Notes under the pieces: generated by a model
What the model saw: only the letters and a program-made list of their open reading frames with translations
Databases searched by the model: none
Told to the model about the DNA's origin: nothing
In this document: piece by piece, positions 1 to 8,375 of the stretch
Numbering within the stretch: position 1 is the stretch's first letter
Layout: each line of letters begins with the position of its first letter
Translations under genes and position numbers: made by a program
Origin: Gemmatimonadales bacterium
Lineage (GTDB): Bacteria; Gemmatimonadota; Gemmatimonadetes; Gemmatimonadales; GWC2-71-9
Length of the DNA stretch: 13,961 nt
Reading direction: 5' to 3'
Assembly: GCA_041577295.1 (NCBI GenBank)
Contig: JBFGJG010000074.1
Span: forward strand, 1-13,961

Positions 1-72
1 ATCAGTGCCACCGTTGCCCCGCCGAGGTCGACCACCCGCTTGACCGGCGAGGGCAGCTGGCGTCTCCTCTGA
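1..72 (+). CDS. Possible 3' end of an upstream gene, perhaps an outer-membrane beta-barrel protein of the polysaccharide locus
   Basis: Frame 1 is open from the window edge: ISATVAPPRSTTRLTGEGSWRLL*, TGA at 70-72. The ending resembles a terminal beta-strand and is co-oriented with wza. Too short to be sure. Confidence 0.3.
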   Translation: MSATVAPPRSTTRLTGEGSWRLL

Positions 73-216
73 GGCGTTTGAGTCTCGACGTTGGTCACGA
101 TCTTGCCGGAGTGGGGGTGTATGGCGACGGGAGTACGCATCTTGCATCAGCCTTGGGGGATCGACCCCGGTCCAAGGCCGTCCGGGTGCCCAGAACCAAA
201 CGCGTGAAGGTGATGA

Positions 217-951
217 ATGGCTTGTCCATCCGTAAGTAAAGCATTTCCAATTGGTTACAGCCTAGGCCGCCGATGGGGCCGCTGGCTGGGAGTGACAGCT
301 TGCACCCTCTCCCTGATGGGGTGCGGTGGGTCGCAACCGGCATTGGAGCTCGCACCGGTTCCGACGGCTGGTGGACCGGCTAGCGGCGACACCGGGAACG
401 CGGTAGCTAGCTTTGATATCCTGCAATCGGGCGATGTTCTGCGCATCAACGTGTGGCGCCAGCCAGAGTTCAGTGGTCAGTTTGTCATCGGTCCGGACGG
501 AGCGCTGGTGCATCCCCTGTACCAGGACGTACACGTCGGCGGTCTGACGCTTGATGAAGCCAATGGGCGGCTATCAACTTTTCTCGGAACGTACCTGCAA
601 AACGCGCACCTGGTGGTTGAGCCGCTCTATCCCGTCACGGTCGCCGGCGAAGTACGATCGCCCAATCTGTATCATGTGGCGCGAGGGACCACGATTGCTC
701 AGGCCATCGCGCAAGCGGGCGGACCCACGCCCACCGGGCGGTTGGATCGGGTCGTACTACAGCGCGGGGATTCGGCGGTTACGATCAGCCTCATGGGCGA
801 GTTCACGCGCTGGGGAACGATCCCACTGGGGTCCGGTGATCAAGTTTTCGTGGAGCGCCGCTCGAACTTTAGCATCATTCGGGATGTAATCTCACCGGTG
901 ACCAGTGTGGCGGTTCTGGCGCTCACGGTCATCCGAATCTCCCAACGATAG
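217..951 (+). CDS. wza: Polysaccharide biosynthesis/export outer-membrane lipoprotein (Wza/OPX family, Poly_export + SLBB), 244 aa
   Basis: Lipobox LMGC (Cys36, codon 322-324) after a basic/hydrophobic signal. Poly_export motif GDVLRINVWRQPEFSGQFVIGPDG...VGGLTL. SLBB motif VTVAGEVRSP...AIAQAGG...GDQVFV. C-terminal amphipathic helix. AAGGTG upstream of the ATG. Lies directly before wzc. Confidence 0.93.
   Translation: MACPSVSKAFPIGYSLGRRWGRWLGVTACTLSLMGCGGSQPALELAPVPTAGGPASGDTGNAVASFDILQSGDVLRINVWRQPEFSGQFVIGPDGALVHPLYQDVHVGGLTLDEANGRLSTFLGTYLQNAHLVVEPLYPVTVAGEVRSPNLYHVARGTTIAQAIAQAGGPTPTGRLDRVVLQRGDSAVTISLMGEFTRWGTIPLGSGDQVFVERRSNFSIIRDVISPVTSVAVLALTVIRISQR
232..258. promoter_or_regulatory. 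AT-rich imperfect palindrome GTAAGT-N15-GGTTAC, sharing sequence with the element at 9607-9625
   Basis: 241-258 GCATTTCCAATTGGTTAC matches the reverse complement of 9607-9625 (GCATTTCGCAATTGGTTAC) except for one indel. Function is inferred only. Confidence 0.3.
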
Positions 952-991
952 TGACTACTTTGTTGCGGGCTGTCCGAACGAGCCAGCGGTG

Positions 992-1008
992 CCGGCACGG
1001 GCGTTGCA
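992..1008 (+). promoter_or_regulatory. Sigma54 (RpoN) -24/-12 promoter upstream of wzc
   Basis: CCGGCACGGGCGTTGCA against consensus YTGGCACG-N4-TTGCW. GG at 994-995, exactly 10 nt spacer, GC at 1006-1007. Intergenic, about 35 nt before ATG 1043. Confidence 0.7.
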
Positions 1009-1042
1009 CAGCCCTGGTCACGCTCAAGCGTCCGAAAACCTA

Positions 1043-3496
1043 ATGTCTCCAAGACAATCGCCTGATCAGAATTCGAATGCCTCCGCCGCACCGGCGCTCG
1101 CCGTGCGGGAAGACACATACGACGTCCCGACGGTTGGACTGTGGGATGCTCTTGGCGTGCTCCGCCGCCGACTCTGGTTGTTCGTCGCGATTGCGGCCGC
1201 ATCCGTTCCGGCGGCCGTGCTTGTGGCCTACCGGGTCGAGCCCAAGTTCGAGGCGACCGCGGTCATTCGGCTCGAGGACGCGCGTCGAGCGCTAACTGGG
1301 GGCCTGGTGGAGGGTGCCGCATCGGGTCTGGGCAGCCGGTCGGTGGATCCGCTGCTATCCAAGATCGAAGTGATCACGAGCCAGACGACGGTCGGAGTGG
1401 TGGTTGACAGTACCCCGAAGCTCAGGCTCAGCGTTCAGGATGTGCCGTTTCGGGCACTCGATGTGATCGAGCTCAATGGCTCCGCGGCAGCCGACACACT
1501 GTTGCTTCGCTTCACACCAGATGTGGTGGTGGTTCAGGGTCGTTTTGGTGAAGTTCGGGGTAATTTCGGTGAGCCCATCCATGCCGGTGGCCTCACGTTC
1601 GCGATCACAGAACGTCCGGCAGCAGAGAGCGGGCAAATCGTAATCCGTCCACGGAATTCCGCGATCGAAAAAATTCAGGAAGATCTTCGCGTTATCCCGC
1701 GAGAGCTCACCGATGTCGTGGATGTCTCCTTCACGTCGAAGGATCCGGACCGCGCGCGCGACGTCGTCAATCGCGTGGTGCAGGTCTTTCAGCAGGTCAA
1801 CGCCGATGCGGCGCAGGACGCCGCGCGGCGTCAACGACTGTTTATCGAAAAGCAGTTGGCGGTAAGCGATTCGCTGTTGGCCGACGCTCGCCGTGCGTTG
1901 AGTGCGTTCCGCGCACGTCAGGCGGGGTTCTCCGCGTCTCGTTCGCGCGGAGCGGATGGCGGCCTGCTAACGATGCATGTCAGGCGTGACCAACTTGCCG
2001 CGGAGCGCGAAACGTTGGATGACTTGTTGCGGCGCCTGGGCGAATATGAGAGCAGTTCCCGCCGTGCCGTGATTCGTGCGGCGATCGCATCGCCACAGCT
2101 AGCGGATAACGTCGAGACCCGGGCGCTCTACGAGCAGCTCGTGCTGTATGAGACGGCGCTCGACTCCATGACCGGGGTGAGCGCGCCGACCAATCCAGAT
2201 TTCGTGCGTACCCGAGAGCTCATCGTGACGACGGAGAGTCGGTTGGTCGATGCTCTCGCCGCCGCGGTTGAGGAGAAGACCCGATCGCTCGCCGCGGAGA
2301 TCGAGACGCTGGACACCTTCCGCGAGCGGAACGAGGCGACGCTTCGGCAGTTCACCACGAGCGAGGCGGAGGAAGCGCGACTGCAGGGGCAGGTGGACAA
2401 TGCTCGTCGGATGACCGACCAGCTGCGGGAAACGCACCAGAAAGCGCAGCTCGCCGAGGCGGTTGAAATCGGGCAGGTCGAGATTCTCGACATGGCGCTG
2501 ACAGCCGAGCCGGTTGGCATTGGGGTACTGCCGCGCGTTGCGATCGTGCTGCTCTTGGGATTGTTCGCCGGGGTTGGGGGCGCCTTCCTCGCGGAGCGAG
2601 GTGACCGATCCATCACCACCGGGAAGCAGGTGGAGGCCCTGGGCCTCCCCGTCCTCGGGATCGTCCCGCGGCTGCGTTCGACCAAAGACACGGAGAACGG
2701 ATGGGATGAGCGGGCCACCCCGGTCGTCGAGGCCATTCGCGGGATCCGGCTCAATCTGGTGTACGCACACGGCACTGCTGGCCCGTTGGCGACGACCATC
2801 ACCAGCCCCCAGGAGGGGGATGGCAAATCGTTCGTGGCATCGAACCTGGCGCTCGCTTTCGCGCACAATGGCCAGCCGACACTGGTCATCGATGGTGACG
2901 TCCGGCGCGGGGGGCTGCATCGGGCGTTCAACGCGCAACGCAAGCCCGGCCTCACCGACTATCTTCTCGGCAACGCATCGGCCGAAGAGATCTTACAGAA
3001 GACGGAATTCGCAAACCTGCATTTCATCGGATGCGGGACCCGCACCACCGAAGCGCCGGAGCGCCTCGAGTCCCGTGCCATGAAGGAGCTCTATGCCGAT
3101 CTCGTTGATAAGTTCGGCATCGTGATCGTAGATTGTCCGCCCCTCGGGGCCGGCGTCGACGCGCTCTCGCTCGGGACAATCGTTGGGAATATGCTCTTGG
3201 TGGTCAGGGGTGGTCGCACGAATCGTGAATTGGCGGAGGCAAAGCTCGACATGGTGGAGCGACTGCCCATCCGCTTGCTCGGTGCCGTGATCAACGCGGC
3301 GCGTGGGGAGGGGTCCAACGGGTACTATTCGTACTACATGGACGGGTACGAGTTGCACGATGAGGGTACGCGTGAGCTCTCGGCGGCGAGTTCCGACCCG
3401 GCGGTAGAATCTCACTCCCCGCGCGTACGTCCAACCCCCGGCGCCCGGCCCGACCGATCGCACCGCGTTTTGGGATTTAAAGTATCCGGTGAGTAG
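1043..3496 (+). CDS. wzc: Polysaccharide co-polymerase / BY tyrosine autokinase (Wzc/GumC family), about 817 aa
   Basis: TM1 LWLFVAIAAASVPAAVLVAY, periplasmic coiled coils, TM2 VAIVLLLGLFAGVGGAFL, Walker A SPQEGDGKS (2804-2830), Walker A' VIDGDVRR, Walker B VIVDCPP, Tyr cluster YYSYYMDGY (3323-3349). Start moved from GTG 905, which overlaps wza, to ATG 1043 downstream of the sigma54 site. Confidence 0.95.
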   Translation: MSPRQSPDQNSNASAAPALAVREDTYDVPTVGLWDALGVLRRRLWLFVAIAAASVPAAVLVAYRVEPKFEATAVIRLEDARRALTGGLVEGAASGLGSRSVDPLLSKIEVITSQTTVGVVVDSTPKLRLSVQDVPFRALDVIELNGSAAADTLLLRFTPDVVVVQGRFGEVRGNFGEPIHAGGLTFAITERPAAESGQIVIRPRNSAIEKIQEDLRVIPRELTDVVDVSFTSKDPDRARDVVNRVVQVFQQVNADAAQDAARRQRLFIEKQLAVSDSLLADARRALSAFRARQAGFSASRSRGADGGLLTMHVRRDQLAAERETLDDLLRRLGEYESSSRRAVIRAAIASPQLADNVETRALYEQLVLYETALDSMTGVSAPTNPDFVRTRELIVTTESRLVDALAAAVEEKTRSLAAEIETLDTFRERNEATLRQFTTSEAEEARLQGQVDNARRMTDQLRETHQKAQLAEAVEIGQVEILDMALTAEPVGIGVLPRVAIVLLLGLFAGVGGAFLAERGDRSITTGKQVEALGLPVLGIVPRLRSTKDTENGWDERATPVVEAIRGIRLNLVYAHGTAGPLATTITSPQEGDGKSFVASNLALAFAHNGQPTLVIDGDVRRGGLHRAFNAQRKPGLTDYLLGNASAEEILQKTEFANLHFIGCGTRTTEAPERLESRAMKELYADLVDKFGIVIVDCPPLGAGVDALSLGTIVGNMLLVVRGGRTNRELAEAKLDMVERLPIRLLGAVINAARGEGSNGYYSYYMDGYELHDEGTRELSAASSDPAVESHSPRVRPTPGARPDRSHRVLGFKVSGE

Positions 3497-4469
3497 CGGC
3501 AAACGCATTCTCGTCACCGGGGCGGCCGGCTTCATCGGCAGCCACCTCGTTGAGCGCCTCTTGGCGCGCGGTGACACGGTTATTGGGGTCGACAGCTTCG
3601 ACCCCTTTTATTCGCCGCACGAAAAGCGACGCAACATAGCCCCCGCGTTGCAGAACGACCGGTTTCGCTTCATTGAGGCCGACTGTTGCGATGCGAGCGC
3701 GCTCGATCGCGCCCTGGGGAACGCGGAGGTGGATGTCATCGCGCACCTGGCCGCCAAGGCGGGGGTGCGGCCGTCGATCGAGAATCCGGTAGCCTACCAC
3801 CGCGCCAACGTGCTGGGAACGGCCGCGATGCTCGAGCTGGCGCATCAGCGCGACATTCCCCGATTCGTGTTTGGTTCGTCGTCCTCAGTGTACGGCAACG
3901 CCCCGTCGGCGCCGTTTCGCGAGGACGAGACGCTCGATCAGCCAATCTCTCCCTATGCGGCGACCAAGCGCGCCAGCGAACTCCTGTGTTATACCTACCG
4001 CCATCTGTACGACATGCGGATTCTCGCCCTGCGCTTTTTTACGGTGTACGGCCCCCGTCAACGCCCTGATCTGGCAATTCGAAAGTTCACCACTCTCATG
4101 TTGTGTGGTGAGGAGATCCCGATGTTCGGCGACGGTACGGCGGAACGAGACTACACCTGGATCGACGATATCATGCAGGGTACGATTGCCGCGATCGACC
4201 GAACGGAAAGCGCCGGACCTGAGTTCGAGGTGATCAACCTCGGTGAGTCGAGGACCACGACGCTCAAGCGATTGATCGAGTTGATTGGAGAGGCTGTGGG
4301 GGTGACGCCGCGCATTCGGCGTCTTCCGATGCAGCCAGGAGATGTGGTCCGGACGTGTGCGGATGTGAGCAAAGCCGCGCGGTTGCTCGGGTATCGTCCG
4401 ACGACCACGGTTGAGGAGGGGATTCCGCGGTTTGTCGAGTGGATGAGGGGGGCTGGGGTAGGGAAGTAG
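3489..4469 (+). CDS. NAD-dependent nucleotide-sugar epimerase, most like UDP-glucuronate 4-epimerase (extended SDR), 326 aa
   Basis: ILVTGAAGFIGSHL, HLAAKAGVRPS, SSSSVYG, catalytic YAATK, LRFFTVYGPRQRPDLA, RDYTWIDD, QPGDV. The GTG start overlaps the wzc stop by 8 nt (GTGAGTAG), suggesting translational coupling. Confidence 0.92.
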   Translation: MSSGKRILVTGAAGFIGSHLVERLLARGDTVIGVDSFDPFYSPHEKRRNIAPALQNDRFRFIEADCCDASALDRALGNAEVDVIAHLAAKAGVRPSIENPVAYHRANVLGTAAMLELAHQRDIPRFVFGSSSSVYGNAPSAPFREDETLDQPISPYAATKRASELLCYTYRHLYDMRILALRFFTVYGPRQRPDLAIRKFTTLMLCGEEIPMFGDGTAERDYTWIDDIMQGTIAAIDRTESAGPEFEVINLGESRTTTLKRLIELIGEAVGVTPRIRRLPMQPGDVVRTCADVSKAARLLGYRPTTTVEEGIPRFVEWMRGAGVGK

Positions 4470-4514
4470 CAATTCCTCGATATTTGTATATCCATCACCA
4501 TCGTCATCACCGTT
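4470..4514 (-). pseudogene. Short gene remnant encoding a Ca-binding-like motif, NGDDDGDGYTNIEEL
   Basis: The minus-strand translation of the spacer after the epimerase stop resembles the DxDGDGYTNxEEYL motif seen at the C-terminus of many secreted pectate-lyase-like proteins. The flanking translation is not protein-like. Confidence 0.45.
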
Positions 4515-4591
4515 GAGTTGCTCGGGGAGAGGCGCTCGCGGTCCTTCCAATCCCCTGCCAAGTCAATCCCTCGTGGGCGCCTGCAGCGCGA

Positions 4592-4608
4592 CCGGACCGA
4601 ATCTTGCA
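4592..4608 (+). promoter_or_regulatory. Putative sigma54 -24/-12 promoter
   Basis: CCGGACCGAATCTTGCA: GG(4594-4595)-N10-GC(4606-4607) with a TTGCA -12 box, about 40 nt before GTG 4648. The -24 box deviates (GGACCG vs GGCACG). Confidence 0.45.
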
Positions 4609-4647
4609 AATCCCGCTGGGACACACGTCCCCCCAAGGAGAAAGCCG

Positions 4648-6063
4648 GTGGACGGCAGCAGCGAGACAAAGTCGCCCCTCGGGGGCTCATTCGATCCAGC
4701 CTGGCTGAAGGTGCGAGCCGACGCCAAGGCCGCACGGGAGGACGGTTCGGAGCTCGGGATATTCATCCTGTGGTCTGCGGCCCGTGCGGAGGAGTCGCGC
4801 ATTCTCTCCGCAATCGAAGAGCAATTTTCCGTTCACCACGTCTACGAGATCACGTGGACGCCCGAGCTGGTGCTCGAAAACTTTGCCCGCTTCTACCAGG
4901 GCTCACCTATTCCGCCACATGCAGATTTCATCGTACGGCAAAAGGGTGACGGCCCCTTTCTCGTCGTTGTGGTCAGTGACCACACGCCACGATATGAAGG
5001 CCGGGCGACAACGCATGGGTGGGATACTGTCAGCGTCAACTTTTTTGACGCGAAGGAGCGGTTTCGGGAATGGCTTGGGGGGGGCAAGCAGGTGCACGGA
5101 ACCGACGATCCCCGTCACGCCGCGCGCGACCTCATGCTCTTGCTCGGTAATGTGCCAGCGAACGGACCGGGCTGTTGGGACGGAGTCATTCAGAAAGTGC
5201 AGCGCGACGTCAGTGGCGCGCACGGCTGGGATTCGCTCGAGGACGCGCTACGCGTGCTCAACCACTCGGTTCCGTACGTGGTGCTGCGCAACTTCGAGGG
5301 ATTCCCCAAGACCCACGAGCTGGGACCCCATGATGATGTCGACATCCTCACCGACGATTACTTCGAGACGCTCCGTGTGCTCAACGCGCGTCCGCTGTTG
5401 AAGTGTGTTCCCCGGTGGGGTGGCCGGTTTTGGGTGACGATCGCCGGTCGAGATGTGATTTTCGACGTTCGGATGGTTGGAGACTGGTACTACGACCCAA
5501 AGTGGGCGCGTACCGTTCTGGCGCGGCGAGTGTGGCACGAAGGTGGGTTTTACGCACCGTGCGATGAGGATTATCTCGAAACGCTCTTTTACCACGCGTT
5601 CGTGCACAAGCTGTCGTTCACGAGCGAGTATAAGGAACGGCTTTCCGAAATGGCAACGGCGCTGGGACGCTACGAGTTGACCCGAGCCGCGCTGGACAAC
5701 CGCCGCGAGGCGAAGCGAATACTCGATGAGCTGATGCGACGCAAGCACTACCGGTGGGGAAAGCCGAAGAGTCCGATGGTCTTCTACAATTTCGCCCACG
5801 CCGGCCATCGCCTGCCGAGGATCCGTCGGCTCGTTGCTGGCGCGCAACGTCGGATGGCGCGGTTTGGCTCGCATGTCGTGCTATCCCGAGTCATTCCGCT
5901 CTATCGCGCTTTGGGTCACGCTGTCATCGGTCGAGTTCGGTGGTTCCGAGGGGTGATCCGTCCCATTAGCGGCGCAGACCAGGGGCGCGATCGAGCGGTT
6001 GTTAGAGGGGCGGGGCGGAGGACGGCGATGAGCAGTAGAGAGGCAGTGAGGAGTAAGCACTAA
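4648..6063 (+). CDS. Uncharacterised polysaccharide-locus protein with an N-terminal NDK-like region and a nucleotidyltransferase-like region, about 471 aa
   Basis: Strong SD AAGGAG (4635-4640) 7 nt before in-frame GTG 4648. GPFLVVVV...KERFREWLGGGKQVHGTD resembles the NDK HGSD motif (His codon 5095-5097). YVVLRN...HDDVDIL (5275-5349) resembles the Pol-beta-type NTase DxD motif. Basic amphipathic C-terminus. The CDS is secure; the function is tentative. Confidence 0.7.
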   Translation: MDGSSETKSPLGGSFDPAWLKVRADAKAAREDGSELGIFILWSAARAEESRILSAIEEQFSVHHVYEITWTPELVLENFARFYQGSPIPPHADFIVRQKGDGPFLVVVVSDHTPRYEGRATTHGWDTVSVNFFDAKERFREWLGGGKQVHGTDDPRHAARDLMLLLGNVPANGPGCWDGVIQKVQRDVSGAHGWDSLEDALRVLNHSVPYVVLRNFEGFPKTHELGPHDDVDILTDDYFETLRVLNARPLLKCVPRWGGRFWVTIAGRDVIFDVRMVGDWYYDPKWARTVLARRVWHEGGFYAPCDEDYLETLFYHAFVHKLSFTSEYKERLSEMATALGRYELTRAALDNRREAKRILDELMRRKHYRWGKPKSPMVFYNFAHAGHRLPRIRRLVAGAQRRMARFGSHVVLSRVIPLYRALGHAVIGRVRWFRGVIRPISGADQGRDRAVVRGAGRRTAMSSREAVRSKH

Positions 6064-6254
6064 GCAGGCCCTGCCAAGCCCATTTCGCGCTTCGTACTGC
6101 CGGGACATGAAGAAAAGGCCTGGAACGGCCGCCCGCTTTGGCGCCCGGCCACCGCTGCTCGACTGCTCTTTGCTCACGGTCCTCGGCGGCCAGTACCCAA
6201 CCATCGACAAACACGCTATTTGTGTAGGGTCGCCAACGGCCCTGGAGCCCTGCC

Positions 6255-6521
6255 ATGGACCTTCGATCTGCTGTCATCAAATGCCTCCGGGAGGTCATCA
6301 GCACGGACGGTGAGGGGCGCGATGTGGAGATCACGGAGCAGACGGGGTTGGAGGAGGTAGGGCTGGATTCGATGGGTTTTGGGACCCTCATGACCTGTTT
6401 GGAAGCATGGCTCGGGCGCAACCTGTCGATTGAGATGGCCGTTGCAGAGGAGCTCGAGACGGTGGGCGACCTGGTCCGCGCATGTGAGAAGCTGGTCGAA
6501 GACGTCGGCACGTCAGGCTAG
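6255..6521 (+). CDS. Acyl carrier protein (phosphopantetheine-binding), 88 aa
   Basis: Small acidic protein with the GLDSM attachment motif and the C-terminal helix ETVGDLV. GGAG SD at 6244-6247. Adjacent to an adenylating enzyme. Confidence 0.9.
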   Translation: MDLRSAVIKCLREVISTDGEGRDVEITEQTGLEEVGLDSMGFGTLMTCLEAWLGRNLSIEMAVAEELETVGDLVRACEKLVEDVGTSG

Positions 6522-6525
6522 TCGG

Positions 6526-8223
6526 TTGCCCCGCACCGTCCAGGGGCTCGTTTTTCATCAGGTGGAAGCCGCTCCGTCGGCGCCGGCGCTCGGGTTCATG
6601 AGTGCGGACGGCGGAGTTGTCTGGAGAACGCGCGAAGCGTTCTTCCATCGCGCGACTGCCATTGGGGCGTGGCTTGCGGAGAACGGAGTCCGACCGCGAG
6701 AACCGTGTCTCGTTGTGTTGCCCACGGACGAGTTAGCAGCCACCGTTCTCCACGCCCTCTTGTTATCGGGTGCCGTACCCCTCCTGATGGCCCCTCCGAA
6801 TGCCCCTGGTCAGCGTGAGCGTTTCCTAGCCGTGCTCCACGGGGTATTCCGGAAAAGTAGGCCCGGAGCCGTCATCGTTCACCAATCACTTCGCGCATTG
6901 CAGGACGAGTTGGTTCGCAAGGTCCCTCGCGCACGGGTGCGGTTCATTTCGTCCGAGCTGCTGGATGTGGCGGCTGTTTCGCACATGTCGATCGTGACGG
7001 GTGAGTTAGTCGCCATGCAAATGACCTCGGGCACGACTGGCAATCCAAAGATATGCCTCTGGCGTCAAGACCAATTGCTCGCCGGTCTACACTTCACGGC
7101 AAATGCCATCGGCCTGGACGAGAATGACGTGCTCTTCAACTGGACGCCGTTATACCACGACCTTGGGCTAGTCAACAACTTCCTGCTTTGCCTGTCGCGA
7201 GGCGTTCCGCTCGTGATGCTGAATCCGCTGCTGTTTGTGGAGCGTCCCGCACGCTGGTTGCAAGGCATGTGCGCAACGCGCGCCACGATGTCGTTCGCAC
7301 CAAACTTTGGATTTGCGCGGGCCGCGCACGTGGTGCGAGATGAAGAGCTCGATGGGATCACGCTCGAGGGGGTACGGGCGCTCTGGAGTGCGGCTGAGCG
7401 GGTACATCCGGAGACGATGGATCGGTTTCATCGACGATTCGCTCCGTTCGGTCTCCAACGCCGTGCCCTGAAAACGAGCTACGGCCTGGCTGAAAACGTC
7501 GGGGGTGCCACCTTTTCCCCGCTCGAGCACGAATACACGGTGGAGCGAGTTGAACGAAAGGCGCTCAACACAAGGGGGATCGCGCGCCGCTGGGGTGAGA
7601 AGTCCGATGTAGAGCCAACCACGATAGCGGGCGTTGGACGGGCGTGCGAAGGGATCGCGGTCGAGATCCGGTCACGCTCTGGAAAGGTGCTTCCCGACGG
7701 GCAGGTTGGCGAGATTGTGATTCGTTCTCCGTCGCGGATGGTGGGGTACGTCCGCGCCGCGAAGCAGACCCGTGCCATGTTTCGCGGTCCGTGGTTGAAA
7801 ACTGGTGACCTAGGCTACATGCGGGACGGGGAGCTGTATTGGGTGGGGCGCGTTCGGGAGCAGATCTCGGTGCGAGGACGCAAGTACGATCCCAGTGAGT
7901 TCGAGGAGATCTTACTGCGCATTCCCGGCCTGCGAGAGGGCTGCTTCGTTGCGTTCGGGGTAGACGATCCTGCGCACGGCACGCAGGAGGTGGTCGTCAT
8001 CAGCGAAGTGAGGAAAACTGCAGGTCGACCGGCGTCGGAGATCAGGGCTGAGATCAAAAAGCTCGTGTACCAGCAGATAGGAATAGTGTTGCGGCGGATC
8101 GTGTTAGTTCCTCAGGGAACGCTGGCAAAAACCTCGAGCGGAAAGCGGCGTCATCGGTTCTACAGGGAGCGCTACGCGGCAGGCGAGTTTGAGGCAGTGG
8201 AACTCAAAAGCAGCGCTGAGTGA
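6526..8223 (+). CDS. Fatty acyl-AMP ligase (FAAL)-like adenylate-forming enzyme, about 565 aa
   Basis: QMTSGTTGNPK, WTPLYHDLGLV, APNFGF, SYGLAEN, GEIVIRSPSRMVGY, WLKTGDLGY, KTSSGKRR. Start placed at in-frame TTG 6526, 4 nt after the ACP stop (the ORF track start at 6430 overlaps ACP). Exact start uncertain. Confidence 0.88.
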   Translation: MPRTVQGLVFHQVEAAPSAPALGFMSADGGVVWRTREAFFHRATAIGAWLAENGVRPREPCLVVLPTDELAATVLHALLLSGAVPLLMAPPNAPGQRERFLAVLHGVFRKSRPGAVIVHQSLRALQDELVRKVPRARVRFISSELLDVAAVSHMSIVTGELVAMQMTSGTTGNPKICLWRQDQLLAGLHFTANAIGLDENDVLFNWTPLYHDLGLVNNFLLCLSRGVPLVMLNPLLFVERPARWLQGMCATRATMSFAPNFGFARAAHVVRDEELDGITLEGVRALWSAAERVHPETMDRFHRRFAPFGLQRRALKTSYGLAENVGGATFSPLEHEYTVERVERKALNTRGIARRWGEKSDVEPTTIAGVGRACEGIAVEIRSRSGKVLPDGQVGEIVIRSPSRMVGYVRAAKQTRAMFRGPWLKTGDLGYMRDGELYWVGRVREQISVRGRKYDPSEFEEILLRIPGLREGCFVAFGVDDPAHGTQEVVVISEVRKTAGRPASEIRAEIKKLVYQQIGIVLRRIVLVPQGTLAKTSSGKRRHRFYRERYAAGEFEAVELKSSAE

Positions 8224-8251
8224 CGCGCAGCGGCGCGTGGCCACCTGCGCG
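8224..8251. terminator. GC-rich inverted repeat directly after the FAAL stop, between convergent genes
   Basis: CGCGCAG (8224-8230) pairs with CTGCGCG (8245-8251). There is no U-tract, so a terminator role is uncertain. Confidence 0.3.
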
Positions 8252-8331
8252 GGCTGAAGTTCGCTCGGCACCTCAGCTCCCCGAGTAAGGCCACCCCTCA
8301 CTGACGCCCGCTTCGACCCCTGCCCCCCCGC

Positions 8332-8373
8332 TACACCTTACTCTACACTCCTCACTCTGCACTCTGCACTGCA
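8332..8373. repeat. Degenerate heptamer tandem repeat, about 6 units, consensus CACTCTG
   Basis: TACACCT TACTCTA CACTCCT CACTCTG CACTCTG CACTGCA, just downstream of the stop of the minus-strand gene ending at 8376. Confidence 0.65.
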
Positions 8374-8375
8374 GT

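Noticed and set aside
131..146. Sigma54-like element GAGTACGCATCTTGCA upstream of wza
   Set aside because: The invariant GG at -24 is AG, so it is not called as a promoter and is noted only as a near miss.
905..1042. Longer wzc start at GTG 905
   Set aside because: It overlaps wza and spans a near-consensus sigma54 promoter.
2099..2955. Long antisense ORFs (2099-2938 and 2128-2955; likewise 8463-9335, 11571-12491, 5248-5874)
   Set aside because: These are shadow ORFs opposite well-supported genes in GC-rich DNA and show no recognisable motifs.
3885..4550. 221-aa minus-strand ORF as a real gene
   Set aside because: Most of it is antisense to the epimerase. Only the short 4470-4514 motif looks protein-derived.
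6107..6313. 68-aa Cys-containing ORF as a possible RiPP precursor
   Set aside because: It overlaps the ACP start in another frame and has no leader motif or matching modification enzyme.
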